From NCBI GenBank assembly GCA_030614785.1, contig JAUWTJ010000005.1, positions 4,144 through 68,143 of the forward strand: a stretch of DNA of 64,000 nt, given 5' to 3'. Both the position numbers and the translations under genes were made by a program. Positions 52,158 to 62,263 of the stretch are shown here, in pieces. The stretch is from Alphaproteobacteria bacterium (GTDB taxonomy: Bacteria; Pseudomonadota; Alphaproteobacteria; M2410). The notes under the pieces are model-generated. The model made no database searches. It had not been told where the DNA came from and saw nothing but the letters and a program-made list of their open reading frames with translations. Position 1 is the first letter of the stretch. Every line of letters begins with the position of its first letter.

Positions 52158-52769
52158 ATGAAATTTTACAACTCAATGGGCCCGAACCCCCAGGTTGTTC
52201 GAATGTTTATGGCCGAGAAAGGCATTTCTCTGGATACGCAGGAAGTTGATTTGATGGCGGGCGAAAATCGCCAGGAAGCGCATATGAAGCGCAATCCTTC
52301 GGGCCAAATGCCAGCTCTTGAACTTGATGATGGTAGCTACCTGAGCGAGATTTCGGTCATTTGCGAATATCTCGAGGAAAAAAATCCTGACAGCCCACTT
52401 TTCGGCTCTACACCGGAAGAACGCGCCGAGACCCGTATGTGGACCCGCAAGATCGACCTCAATATTTGTGAGCCCATGGGAACCGGCTTCCGGGCTGGCG
52501 AAGGTTTTCCTCTGTTCAAGGATCGTATCCCGGTCTTTGAGGAAACCTCGGCTCCGATGAAGAAAGTAGCAGCCCACTATCTGAGCTGGCTCAACGATCA
52601 AATGGCTGGCAAGGACTATATCTGCGGAGACCGGTTTTCCTATGCGGATATTCACCTCTATTGCTGGGTCGCCTTCGCCGGATCAGTTGGTCAGCCACTG
52701 GATGCCGGTTGGAGAAATATTGCAGCCTGGATGGAGCGTGTTGGTTCACGCGAAAGCGCGAGCGCATAA
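52158..52769 (+). CDS. Glutathione S-transferase
   Basis: GST fold (MKFYNSMGPNPQ...); GGAGA ribosome-binding site. Confidence 0.85.
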   Translation: MKFYNSMGPNPQVVRMFMAEKGISLDTQEVDLMAGENRQEAHMKRNPSGQMPALELDDGSYLSEISVICEYLEEKNPDSPLFGSTPEERAETRMWTRKIDLNICEPMGTGFRAGEGFPLFKDRIPVFEETSAPMKKVAAHYLSWLNDQMAGKDYICGDRFSYADIHLYCWVAFAGSVGQPLDAGWRNIAAWMERVGSRESASA

Positions 52770-52778
52770 GGAAGTAGT

Positions 52779-54620
52779 ATGAGTGTAAAGGCGGTCTCAA
52801 AACTGGAAATCGGGCCAGACGCCGACACGGTGCCAAAAATCTTTTGGCGCCGGGTGAGGGAGTTTGGCCCGAAGATCGCCTTCCGCGACAAGAAACTGGG
52901 TATCTGGCAACCGATTACCTGGGCGGAATACGGCGACCGCGCCCGCGAAGTGGGGCTCGGTCTGCTGGCTCTGGATCTGTCCGATGGCGGCCGCGTTTCG
53001 ATCACCTCCGAGGTCTGCCCGGAGTGGTTGATGGTCGACATGGGCGTCATGGGCGTCGGCGGCATTTCCTTCGGGATTTATCCAACCGATACTACGCCCC
53101 AGGTCGAATATATCATGGACGATTGCGGCGCCGAGTTCTACTTTGCCGAGAATGAAGAACAGCTCGACAAGGTCCTTGAGGTGAGGGCTGCGCTTCCCGC
53201 TCTCAAGAAAATCTTCGTCTTCGATATGGAAGGCTTACATGACTTTGACGATCCGATGGTCATGAGCTTCGATGATCTTCTCGCGCTCGGCAAGAAGCAG
53301 GTCGCCGCCATGCCGTCTCTCTGGGAGCGCAAGGTCGAGGCGACGGAGCCAGGCAAGATCGCCATTCTGGTCTATACATCAGGCACGACGGGCCCGCCCA
53401 AGGGCGCGATGATCTCCCATGACAACATTGTCTTTCAGATGGTGAACAATCAGGATCTGCTGCCCTATGAGCCGACCGACAGAACGCTGGCGTTTCTGCC
53501 GCTCTGTCATATTGCCGAGCGCACCTTCACAACCTTCAATCAGCTGGTCGCGGGACAAACGGTTAATTTCGCCGAGAATTTCGACACGGTTCCCGAAAAC
53601 CTCCAGGAGGTCCAGCCAACAAGTTTCTTCGCTGTGCCACGGATCTGGGAGAAGTTCTATTCTTCCATCACCATCATGGTGAAAGATGCAACGCGCCTGC
53701 AACGCTTTGCCTACACTGCAGCGATTGGCATCGGTCACAGGGTGGCCGACAGAAAGATAGCGCAGAAGCGGGTGCCGCTCTCCCTTTCTATCCTTTACGC
53801 GGTCGCAAATGTCATTGTCCTGAAGAATATTCGCAAGATGATTGGCATCGACGATTGCAAGTTCTGTCTGTCCGGCGCGGCGCCGGTCTCTCCGGAACTG
53901 ATCCGCTGGTACTGGGCGCTGGGGCTCTATATGGCGGAAGGCTTTGGCCAAACTGAAAACTCGGGTCTTGCAACCCTGCCCATTCCCTTTGGATCCTATC
54001 GCTATGGCCGGGTCGGCCGCGCCGTGCCCAACACGGAAATCAGGATTGCCCAGGATGGAGAAATCCTGATCAGGGGCCGCCATGTCTTCATGGGTTACTG
54101 GAGCCAGCCGGCGAAGACCGCCGAGACGGTTATTGACGGGTGGCTTCATACCGGTGACGTCGGGAACCTGGATGACGAAGGTTGGCTCAAGATCACTGAT
54201 CGGATGAAGGACATCATCATTACCGCAGGCGGCAAGAACATCACGCCGTCGGAAATCGAGAACGAACTCAAGTTTTCGCCCTATATTCAGGATGCTGTGG
54301 TCATTGGTGACGCAAGGCCCTATCTTGTGGCACTCTTTATGATCGACTATGAAAATGTCGCTAAATTCGCCCAGGATGAAAATGTCCCGTTCTCGAATTT
54401 CGCCAGTCTTTGCCGCCGCGATGAAATCCTCGATCTCATTCAGGGCGAGATGAACGAGGTGAACAAGAAATTCGCCCGCGTCGAGCAGGTCAAGAAATTC
54501 CGTCTCATAGAGCATGAGATCACGCCGGAAGACGATGAAGTGACCGCAACCGGGAAATTGAAACGAAGCTTCGTCAATGAGAAATACAAGGATCTTATCG
54601 ACGAAATGTACAAGAGCTGA
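52779..54620 (+). CDS. AMP-dependent synthetase/ligase (long-chain-fatty-acid--CoA ligase-like)
   Basis: AMP-binding motif YTSGTTGPPKG, and GWLHTGD plus LKITDRMKD motifs. Confidence 0.9.
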   Translation: MSVKAVSKLEIGPDADTVPKIFWRRVREFGPKIAFRDKKLGIWQPITWAEYGDRAREVGLGLLALDLSDGGRVSITSEVCPEWLMVDMGVMGVGGISFGIYPTDTTPQVEYIMDDCGAEFYFAENEEQLDKVLEVRAALPALKKIFVFDMEGLHDFDDPMVMSFDDLLALGKKQVAAMPSLWERKVEATEPGKIAILVYTSGTTGPPKGAMISHDNIVFQMVNNQDLLPYEPTDRTLAFLPLCHIAERTFTTFNQLVAGQTVNFAENFDTVPENLQEVQPTSFFAVPRIWEKFYSSITIMVKDATRLQRFAYTAAIGIGHRVADRKIAQKRVPLSLSILYAVANVIVLKNIRKMIGIDDCKFCLSGAAPVSPELIRWYWALGLYMAEGFGQTENSGLATLPIPFGSYRYGRVGRAVPNTEIRIAQDGEILIRGRHVFMGYWSQPAKTAETVIDGWLHTGDVGNLDDEGWLKITDRMKDIIITAGGKNITPSEIENELKFSPYIQDAVVIGDARPYLVALFMIDYENVAKFAQDENVPFSNFASLCRRDEILDLIQGEMNEVNKKFARVEQVKKFRLIEHEITPEDDEVTATGKLKRSFVNEKYKDLIDEMYKS

Positions 54621-54673
54621 CCCATGAATTGCAGGCCGCGCGGTGGGGCGCAATGGCCGGAAGGAGAAGATCG

Positions 54674-55870
54674 ATGAACAAGCTGATAACAGTTGGAATT
54701 GCGGGGATTCTGGCGGTCGCGTCATCAATATTTGGAGCAGCCTTCGCTGCCGAGCCGGGGGTTACCGACAGTGAAGTCAAGATCGGAATGCATACAGATC
54801 TTTCCGGTCCTCTGGTCGCCTGGGGTATACAGGAACGCGCCGGGATGCAGATGGCCTTTGAAGAGGTAAACGCTGCCGGCGGTATCTATGGCCGCAAGAT
54901 TACATTTGTCATTGAAGATTCGGCCTACGATCCCAAGAAGGCAGTTCTCGCCACCCAAAAACTGCTCAACCGCGACAAGGTTTTCGCCTTTGTCGGAAAC
55001 CTGGGGACGCCGCTGGTTGTCGCAACCGCGCCCCTTATTGTCAGGAAGGGGCGCCCGCATCTCTATCCATTCACCGCAGCGCGCGAAACCTACGAGCCGT
55101 TCCACAGGCTGAAGTTCTCTACCTTCACGCCTTATTATCATGGCATTCGCCTTGGCCTTCGCATGATGGCGCGTGAAAAGGGGATCACAAAAATCGGTAT
55201 CCTCTACCAGGACGACGATTACGGCATGAACGTGTACAGCGGGGTGAAAGATGAAGTCGCCCATTCCGGTCTTGAGCTCGTCTCCGAGACGACCTACAAG
55301 CGCGGCGCAACAGATTTTTCAGCACAGATCGCCCGTATGAAAGCTGATGGTGCGAACCTTGTGGTTCTGGGCACGGTGGTGCGCGAAACCGTCGGTGCCA
55401 TGGCTGCGGCCAATGCGCTTGGCTGGCACCCGGTCACACTTGGCGCACTGCCGACCTATACGCTGGAAACAGCGACCATCGGGGGGGAGGCTGTTGAGGG
55501 TCTTTTCTCGGTTGGGCAATACCCGATCCCCTATGCGGATGACCCTGATCCCAAAGTCGCGGACTGGGCGCGGCGCTTTGAGGAGAAATACGATATGGCC
55601 GCCTCGGCCCAGTCGGTCATTGGCTACGTGATTGCCAGTTACTTCGCCGAAAACCTGCGCCAGACCGGACCGGATTTGACGGTCGATGCCCTGGTGAAGG
55701 CGATCGAGGATATGCCTGCCTGGGTCGAGCCGACGATTGGCGGCGCACCGATTGATTTCACAGCGCAGGACCACCTTGGGTCACGCTCCACATTTATTGC
55801 GCAAATTCAATCCGGGCGCTGGAACAATGTGACCGAGATTTATGAGTTCAACGAAGACGATATTGAATAA
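54674..55870 (+). CDS. ABC transporter substrate-binding protein (branched-chain amino acid/LivK family)
   Basis: Signal peptide plus a periplasmic-binding-protein type I fold; AAGGAGAAG ribosome-binding site. Confidence 0.85.
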   Translation: MNKLITVGIAGILAVASSIFGAAFAAEPGVTDSEVKIGMHTDLSGPLVAWGIQERAGMQMAFEEVNAAGGIYGRKITFVIEDSAYDPKKAVLATQKLLNRDKVFAFVGNLGTPLVVATAPLIVRKGRPHLYPFTAARETYEPFHRLKFSTFTPYYHGIRLGLRMMAREKGITKIGILYQDDDYGMNVYSGVKDEVAHSGLELVSETTYKRGATDFSAQIARMKADGANLVVLGTVVRETVGAMAAANALGWHPVTLGALPTYTLETATIGGEAVEGLFSVGQYPIPYADDPDPKVADWARRFEEKYDMAASAQSVIGYVIASYFAENLRQTGPDLTVDALVKAIEDMPAWVEPTIGGAPIDFTAQDHLGSRSTFIAQIQSGRWNNVTEIYEFNEDDIE

Positions 55871-55880
55871 GGGAACAATC

Positions 55881-57056
55881 ATGAAACACCTTGCCTTGCT
55901 CCTTGTCCTTGTGCCGACATTTCTGCTTGCCAGTTGCTCACAGGAAAGCGAGGTGCGCGGTGTCACTGATACAGAAATTCTGATCGGCTCCCATGTCGAT
56001 CTGTCAGGTCCCGCGACGGCGGTTGGTATTCAGGTTCGCAACGGGACGGACATGGCCATCAAGGAGATCAATGAAGCCGGCGGGGTTCATGGCCGTCTGA
56101 TCCGCCTTATCGTCGAGGACAATGGCTACGATCCCAAAAAGGCCGTGCTCGCGTCAAACAAGCTCATCTCTCGCGACAAGGTTTTCGCCATGATGCATGT
56201 CGTCGGGACGCCTGTGGTTCTGGCCACTTTGCAAAAGGTGCTGGCCGCCGACATGCCGCATCTTTTTCCTTTCACAGCGGCCGTTCAAACCTATGAGCCT
56301 TTTCATCCTCTCAAGTTTGCAGCTTTCACGCCTTACTATCAACAAACCTATATAGCCACCAGATATCTCCATGAAACCATGGGCGTGAAGAAGATTGGCA
56401 TTCTCTATCAGGATGATGATTTCGGGCTCAATGTTCTGGACGGTGTCGAACTGGCCGCAAAGAACCTGGGTCTTGAGCCTGTTGTCAAGACGACTTACAA
56501 GCGCGGTTCAACCGATTTCACGACCCAGATTGCACGGCTCCGCGCCGCGGGTGTTGAGGCCGTGGCGCTGGCCACAATCGTGCGGGAAACCGCCGGCGCG
56601 GTGAAAGCCGCACGTGATCTGGGGTGGGATGTTCCGTTTTAGTGCACGACGGCCTGCTACACGCGCGAGACGCTGGACGTTGGAGGCGATGCCATTGAAG
56701 GTCTGATCGCGGCAGGCCAGACCGAAGTGCCGTATGAAGATGATCCAAACCCGGTCATTGCAAAGTGGGTGGAAGACTACAAGAATGCCTACGGCCTGGC
56801 GCCGTCCTCCCTGGCCCTTGCCGCCTATCTCGATACCTGGCTCTTGAGGGATGCCCTGGAGATTGTCGGAGAAAACCTGACACCAGAGACCCTGGCCAAA
56901 GCGCTTGAGGATATGCCACCCTACGTTCATCCCGATTTTGGCGGGGTCCCCGTCGACTTCGATGCGGCAAATCACCTGGGAGCAAACAGGATATTCCTTG
57001 CCCGCGCCGAAAACGGACGGTGGGTGACCTTCACTGACGTCATGTCGATGGAGTAA
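55881..57056 (+). pseudogene. Paralogous ABC substrate-binding protein gene interrupted by a single in-frame TAG at 56640-56642
   Basis: ORFs 55842-56642 and 56727-57056 are in the same frame; together they align along the full length of the upstream substrate-binding protein; the only interruption is one amber codon. Confidence 0.6.
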
Positions 57057-57076
57057 ACCAGGCTGCGGAAGAAAGA

Positions 57077-58162
57077 CTAGCGCAGCCCGTCAATCTCAAG
57101 CCCGGCAGAGCGAACCGGCTGACCATCCATGTCCTTGATTTGCAGGACTACCGCTCGATTTTCCCAGTCAAAGGTAACGGTTGCGTAATTCGCCTCACCA
57201 AAAAGCGAGCCCAGTTGATACGGGCCGGTCTCGTCAGGGTTCGGATAGGGGCGGTTGAGCGAACTTGAGGTCATTTCAAACAGGGGATAGTGATCCTCAC
57301 TTCGTTTCAAATATAGCGCGCCGCTGTGACGATCTCCTGAAAGGAAGATCACGCCGTTGGCACGGGTTTCTGCAATGAGGTCATAGAGGCGGCTGCGTTC
57401 ATGCGGGAAGTTGCCCCAGCGCTCATAGCCGTGGCCTTCAGCGTGAACCTGGATTGATGAAACGATCAGGCGCACATCAGCTTCCTTCTTAAGTTCCTCT
57501 GCAAGCCAGGCCCATTGCGCATCGCCAAGAACGGTCGCTGAAGGGTCGTCGCTGGGCAAATTGAGGTGCTGCGTCCCGGGCTCACCGTCTGTGTTCTTGA
57601 CCAGGTCGCTGCGAAAATACCGCGTGTCCAGCATGATGATCTGTACGCGTTCGCCAACCGGCCCCTGAATGGACGATGTGTAGATCCCCGGGCGTGTGCG
57701 TCTGGGGTCACCAGCTTTGACATTCCAGAAATCAAGAAACTGGCTTTCCGAGTCAACCTTGTGCGCATAGGACGCGCCGGCGTCGTTCTCGCCAAAGTCA
57801 TGGTCATCCCAAACCGGAAGAATTGTAACCTGCTCCCGGAAGGCGCTGAACTCGGGGTTGCTACCGAGCATTTTATAGGCCGTGCTCAGCAGTGCGGGGT
57901 CGCCCTTGCCAATTGTTGGTTGCCCGTCAACCATGGCGAGATCGCCATAAACATTATCGCCGCCAAAAATGAACAAATCCGGATTCTCATCAGCGATCAC
58001 GGGCCAGAACGGCTGTGGTAATGTTTGAGCCACACAGGATCCGAAGGCGATATGATTGAGACGGGGCGCGGCGTTCTCTTCAACAATCGGCACGGCATCG
58101 CTGCAAGCAAGAAGTCCAAGGAAGGCAAGCCCTGCAAAACCGGAATTGAGATGTGTCCTCAT
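57077..58162 (-). CDS. PhoD-like/calcineurin-like metallophosphatase, lipoprotein
   Basis: Lipobox LLAC; GGDNVYGD and WDDHDFGENDAG motifs; start at MRTHLNS. Confidence 0.65.
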   Translation of the reverse strand: MRTHLNSGFAGLAFLGLLACSDAVPIVEENAAPRLNHIAFGSCVAQTLPQPFWPVIADENPDLFIFGGDNVYGDLAMVDGQPTIGKGDPALLSTAYKMLGSNPEFSAFREQVTILPVWDDHDFGENDAGASYAHKVDSESQFLDFWNVKAGDPRRTRPGIYTSSIQGPVGERVQIIMLDTRYFRSDLVKNTDGEPGTQHLNLPSDDPSATVLGDAQWAWLAEELKKEADVRLIVSSIQVHAEGHGYERWGNFPHERSRLYDLIAETRANGVIFLSGDRHSGALYLKRSEDHYPLFEMTSSSLNRPYPNPDETGPYQLGSLFGEANYATVTFDWENRAVVLQIKDMDGQPVRSAGLEIDGLR

Positions 58163-58248
58163 GATTTCTCCCCATTTTATATAACTGGCTGATTCGGTTT
58201 TCGCGATAGTAGGCCGGTTGGCTGTCAAAGAGTAGACACCCTGCCGCA

Positions 58249-58887
58249 TCAGGCTTTGTCGAGATCAATTGTGCCGGCTGCAATGCCCTGCAACGCCTCA
58301 ATAAAAAGATCATGCTCTACACCGGCGACCCGGGCCGCCAGTGTTTTGGCGTCATCGCCCTCTTGCACGGGGACGCGGCCCTGCACAAGAATTGGTCCGG
58401 TGTCATAGTCTGCGTCAATCAGGTGGATCGTGGCACCGCTTTCCTTGTCGCCGGCATCCAGAACCGCCTGATGGACGCGGCCCCCGTACATGCCCTGTCC
58501 GCCATAATGGGGCAGGAGCGCCGGGTGAACATTGAGGATGCGGTTGTGAAAGGCCTTGAGGGTCTCAGGCCCGATTTTGCGCATATAGCCGCTGAGCACA
58601 ATGAGATCAATTTCATGAGCAGCAAGGGTCTCGCAAATTGAAAGATCAAGCTCGCCCTCACCAGGGTGGGTCTTGAGGCTCATGTGAAACGTCTTGATGC
58701 CGAGATCAGCCGCACGCTCGAATGCGAGGGGTACCCTGTTATTGGAAATGACCAGAATGGGTTCGCCCTTGATGCGCCCGTCAGCGCAGGCCTCAGCGAC
58801 CGCCTTCATGGCACTGCCACCGTGGGAGGCCAGAAAGGCAAGGCGAAGGGTTTTCCCGGCAAGGGTAGTTGAGGGCATGGGGCTCAC
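58249..58887 (-). CDS. purN: Phosphoribosylglycinamide formyltransferase
   Basis: Formyl-transferase motifs (HPALLPHYGG, IHLIDADYDTGPI). Confidence 0.9.
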   Translation of the reverse strand: MSPMPSTTLAGKTLRLAFLASHGGSAMKAVAEACADGRIKGEPILVISNNRVPLAFERAADLGIKTFHMSLKTHPGEGELDLSICETLAAHEIDLIVLSGYMRKIGPETLKAFHNRILNVHPALLPHYGGQGMYGGRVHQAVLDAGDKESGATIHLIDADYDTGPILVQGRVPVQEGDDAKTLAARVAGVEHDLFIEALQGIAAGTIDLDKA

Positions 58888-59615
58888 AGAAAGGACAGTT
58901 GATCGTCGTCCGCATCCTTTTCAGGGCTCGGGGGGGCGCTGTCAAGGGCTGGACCAACCGGCTTGATGATATCGGGATCATCTTCGCCGACCCGGCCAAC
59001 GCGGGGGCTCACCGGATGGGCTGTGAAGAGGCCCTCTGGCCCGGGCCCAAGGAGATCAGTCAGATCGCTGGCCTGTTTGGGATCGCTCGTCAGCCAGCGC
59101 TCAAAGTGCCGGGGGGCGATGACCACCGGCATGCGGTGATGAAGCGGGGCGAGGGTCTTGTTGGCTGCCGATGTCAGGATCGCCAGGGTATCAATCTCGG
59201 TGCCGTCAGGGTCAAGCCAGGTCTCCCAGATCGCTGCCATACCAAAGGGCTCACGGTCCGGCTGATAGATGTACCAGGGTTGCTTCGATCCATCCGGCTG
59301 CTTGTGCCACTCAAAATAGCCATCGGCGGGCACCAGGCATCTGCGATATTTGAAGGCACCCCGAAAGCTCGGTTTTTTCTGGACGGTCTCGGCGCGCGCG
59401 TTGATCAGAGGTTTTGATCGCACTTCTTTGGCCCAGTCCGGAATAAATCCCCAACGCGCCATGGCGAGCTCCCGGCCCCCTTTTCCCATCCTGACGAGAG
59501 GCACAATGCTGGTCGGCGCTACATTGTAATTCGGCCCAAGATTGGGATGCCCCGAAAAATCAAAGAGGTGCCGCAATGCCTCTGTTGGCGTCGTAATGGA
59601 GTATCGACCACACAT
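58884..59615 (-). CDS. SOS response-associated peptidase (SRAP/YedK, DUF159)
   Basis: N-terminal MCGRYS with the catalytic Cys2. Confidence 0.85.
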   Translation of the reverse strand: MCGRYSITTPTEALRHLFDFSGHPNLGPNYNVAPTSIVPLVRMGKGGRELAMARWGFIPDWAKEVRSKPLINARAETVQKKPSFRGAFKYRRCLVPADGYFEWHKQPDGSKQPWYIYQPDREPFGMAAIWETWLDPDGTEIDTLAILTSAANKTLAPLHHRMPVVIAPRHFERWLTSDPKQASDLTDLLGPGPEGLFTAHPVSPRVGRVGEDDPDIIKPVGPALDSAPPSPEKDADDDQLSFL

Positions 59616-59687
59616 AGGCGGGATGTTATCCTTGATTGGCACCCGCGAAAAGGGGCCTGTCATAGTCTGCTAATAAAGAGAGCTCGA

Positions 59688-60104
59688 TTGACCAAAGATA
59701 AAGTCTTGCGCCCTGCCGTCGGTGTTGCAGCCGTCGTCTGGAAAGATAATCGGTTTCTGCTCATCAAACGAGGCAAGGAACCACGCAAGGGCGAGTGGAG
59801 TTTGCCTGGCGGTCATCAGGAGTGGGGTGAAACAGTCAGGCAAGCGGTCCAGCGCGAAATCCACGAAGAAACCGGATTAAAGGTCCAGGGACTGTGCCTG
59901 GTGGATGTCGTCGATGCCATTATGCCAGGCACAGAGGGGCAGATCGAGCACCACTTTACGCTGATTGATTTTCGCTGTGATTGGCTAAGCGGTGATGCCA
60001 GAGCCGGAGATGATGCCGTCGATGTGCGGTGGCTATCGCTGGAAGATCTTGAGGGTATGGAGATTTGGCAGGAGACCAGGCGAATTGTCTTAATGAGTGC
60101 CTGA
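59688..60104 (+). CDS. NUDIX hydrolase
   Basis: Nudix box GGHQEWGETVRQAVQREIHEETG; start codon uncertain (TTG at 59688 proposed; the annotated ORF start at 59547 would overlap the SRAP gene). Confidence 0.65.
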   Translation: MTKDKVLRPAVGVAAVVWKDNRFLLIKRGKEPRKGEWSLPGGHQEWGETVRQAVQREIHEETGLKVQGLCLVDVVDAIMPGTEGQIEHHFTLIDFRCDWLSGDARAGDDAVDVRWLSLEDLEGMEIWQETRRIVLMSA

Positions 60105-60173
60105 CCTTGTCCGCTTGATCAGGTCCGCCTGACCTGGCCCGTATCGGGGGTCTGTCCGGCCAGCAGGGACCCT

Positions 60174-60308
60174 TCAATTACAAGGCATGACCTGGCAGGC
60201 TGGCGCACTGTTCGAAGAGGACTTGTCCTTTGTATGGGTTTCGCCAAAGGCAAGAGAAAGTGTAAGAGCAACAAGAGCCGCAGCGAGCGTCCGGAGAGCA
60301 ATAATCAT
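60174..60308 (-). CDS. Candidate 44-aa secreted peptide (signal peptide plus 22-aa Cys-containing mature region)
   Basis: MIIALRTLAAALVALTLSLA|FGETHTKDKSSSNSAPACQVMPCN; AAGGGA about 11 nt upstream; below the 60-aa ORF-track cutoff. A competing 31-aa basic ORF lies on the plus strand at 60234-60329. Confidence 0.2.
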   Translation of the reverse strand: MIIALRTLAAALVALTLSLAFGETHTKDKSSSNSAPACQVMPCN

Positions 60309-60601
60309 GAGTGCAAGGTCCCTTAGACTGTTTTTGATCTTCGTCGCAAATTGAGAAACGAATCAAGCATAATCGTGAAAAATCAGCACCGTCGGGCCCT
60401 CAGGCTTGATTTTACCCAGCAAGGTTGAGTGCGCGGATGCAGGCTTCGCGCATAGCTGCTCAGGTTTGTCGGGTTCGCCATGAACGCGGGTTGCCTTGCG
60501 AGGCTTTGCCAAATTCGCATGCACTGATAGACTGCCGGAACCATCCCAGGCAGAGGCAGGCGAAGATCGTGCTAAGAATTACCGAAAAACCAGGCCGCGC
60601 A

Positions 60602-60982
60602 ATGATTGTGGCGGTCTTTTTTGCGACCCTTGGCACCTTTCAAAGCCAGGCCGTGATGGCGCAGGCGGTTAGTTACGATCAGGGGCGATATCAGGAACAG
60701 CTTCTGGAGCTTTCGCACATTCTGGGGAAGTTGCACCACCTGCGTGGAGCGTGTGTTTCCGGAGAGCAGCAACTTTGGAGGGATAATATGATGGAGCTTG
60801 TAAGGTTGGAAAATCCGCCATCCGCCCGCAAAAATGCGATGGTTGCCGATTTTAACGATGCCTATGAAAGGGCAAGAAGCCAATATCGGTCATGCGGACG
60901 CGCCGCCAGCAGGGCGGCCGTTGCTCTTGCCATTGAGGGTGAGCAGCTGTCTGACGCCCTTGCGAAAAATGTGTCACGTTGA
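60602..60982 (+). CDS. Conserved hypothetical secreted protein (possibly TIGR02301-type alphaproteobacterial family; from memory)
   Basis: N-terminal signal-like helix, two Cys; start chosen at MIVAVFF; the longer upstream extension has no coding features. Confidence 0.45.
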   Translation: MIVAVFFATLGTFQSQAVMAQAVSYDQGRYQEQLLELSHILGKLHHLRGACVSGEQQLWRDNMMELVRLENPPSARKNAMVADFNDAYERARSQYRSCGRAASRAAVALAIEGEQLSDALAKNVSR

Positions 60983-61059
60983 GCGTCCCGATGAGGTTCC
61001 GGGGCATTTGAGGAAACCCTGGAAATACATCCAGGAAAAACTCGCCAGAGGGAGATCTT

Positions 61060-61317
61060 TTGAGCAAGGACGGTGAAGGAGTGGAAGCGCGCAAGGCGCT
61101 GGCGCTTGAGATCATTCTTGACGCCTGGGAGACCGGGCTGGAAGAGGGCATTGAGCCGGAAATTTTGTCGAGCTCGGCGATTTTTGCCGCACTGACTGAC
61201 ATGATTGAAAATCACGGCGAGGAGTTTGTTGCCCAGATATCTGAAAGTCTCCCGGCGCGCATTCGCGCTGGTGAGTTCACTTTGGTCCATGAGCCGGTGC
61301 CCGGGGGCAAATCCTGA
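61060..61317 (+). CDS. Hypothetical small acidic protein
   Basis: 85 codons, TTG start preceded by AGGGAG; no motif recognised. Confidence 0.35.
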   Translation: MSKDGEGVEARKALALEIILDAWETGLEEGIEPEILSSSAIFAALTDMIENHGEEFVAQISESLPARIRAGEFTLVHEPVPGGKS

Positions 61318-61425
61318 GCAGCTGTTGCGCCAGCGAAATTTCGACATCGTTATGGTGAATATTTATTGAATGCTCCTGGCAGGAAAAATCGAGACTTTGC
61401 GCCCGTACCTCGAGGTGTGCTCACA

Positions 61426-61453
61426 TTGACCCTTTCCACTGCAATGTCATAAT
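61426..61453 (+). promoter_or_regulatory. Candidate sigma-70 promoter (TTGACC-N16-CATAAT) upstream of the receiver-domain gene
   Basis: Hexamers read directly from the sequence about 150 bp upstream of the gene. Confidence 0.3.
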
Positions 61454-61602
61454 TTGTATTGTTTTTCCACGTAAAACGACCTATTGGTGAGCCAATATGG
61501 TAGCGGCCCCCTGGTTTGATATCGCCCAGTTGGGGAGCGTAGCCGATATACCCGGATTGAACAGAGCTGTCTTAAACTGAATGTGCGAGGTTGGATGATC
61601 GG

Positions 61603-62034
61603 ATGAGTGACAATCGGTCCCAAAAGGCTTCACTTGAAGGCATCAGAGTTCTTGTGGCAGAGGATAACTATGTCAATGTCCTCGTCATCGAAGGAATGCT
61701 CGAGGATACCAATGCTCAGATCACCACGACGGAAAATGGCAAGGAAGTCGTTGAAGCAATCCGTGCAGGAATGGCTGATGACAGTGATGTTCCTTTTGAC
61801 GTCGTTTTGATGGACATTCAAATGCCGGTCATTGATGGCGAAAATGCAACCCGCATTATCCGCGCAATGGACGGACCTGTTTCGTCGGTTCCGATCATTG
61901 CGCTCACCGCCCATGCAATGGTTGGCGATCGCGAGCGCTATCTTCAGTGTGGCATGGATGCCTATCTTTCCAAGCCGGTCAACAAGGCCGCTTTGCTGGA
62001 AATGATTCAGTCTGTTCTCGACAAGAGAAAATAG
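61603..62034 (+). CDS. Single-domain response regulator (CheY-like receiver)
   Basis: Receiver residues in the blocks LVAEDN, VLMDIQMP and the conserved Lys in SKP; no output domain. Confidence 0.85.
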   Translation: MSDNRSQKASLEGIRVLVAEDNYVNVLVIEGMLEDTNAQITTTENGKEVVEAIRAGMADDSDVPFDVVLMDIQMPVIDGENATRIIRAMDGPVSSVPIIALTAHAMVGDRERYLQCGMDAYLSKPVNKAALLEMIQSVLDKRK

Positions 62035-62263
62035 GTCGCTGGCGAGAGACTATCTCCCTACAAAGTTGAAAATCTGCAGTAAGTGGAAGCCGTGTGCTAG
62101 TTTGGCCCCTGTCTTGAACGGTGTCGGGAGTATAGGCCTGATGACAGCGGTTTTTTACACGAAGTGTATAAATTCGACGGCGTTTGGTCAGGTTGGCTGG
62201 AAAAAGGGGCGACACCTGTATCCCTTTGATCCAGATGAAAGAGTTCGGCGAAAGAAGAATTGA

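Noticed and set aside
53379-54728. 449-aa ORF on the minus strand
   Set aside because: Antisense to the AMP-binding ligase gene, which has canonical motifs.
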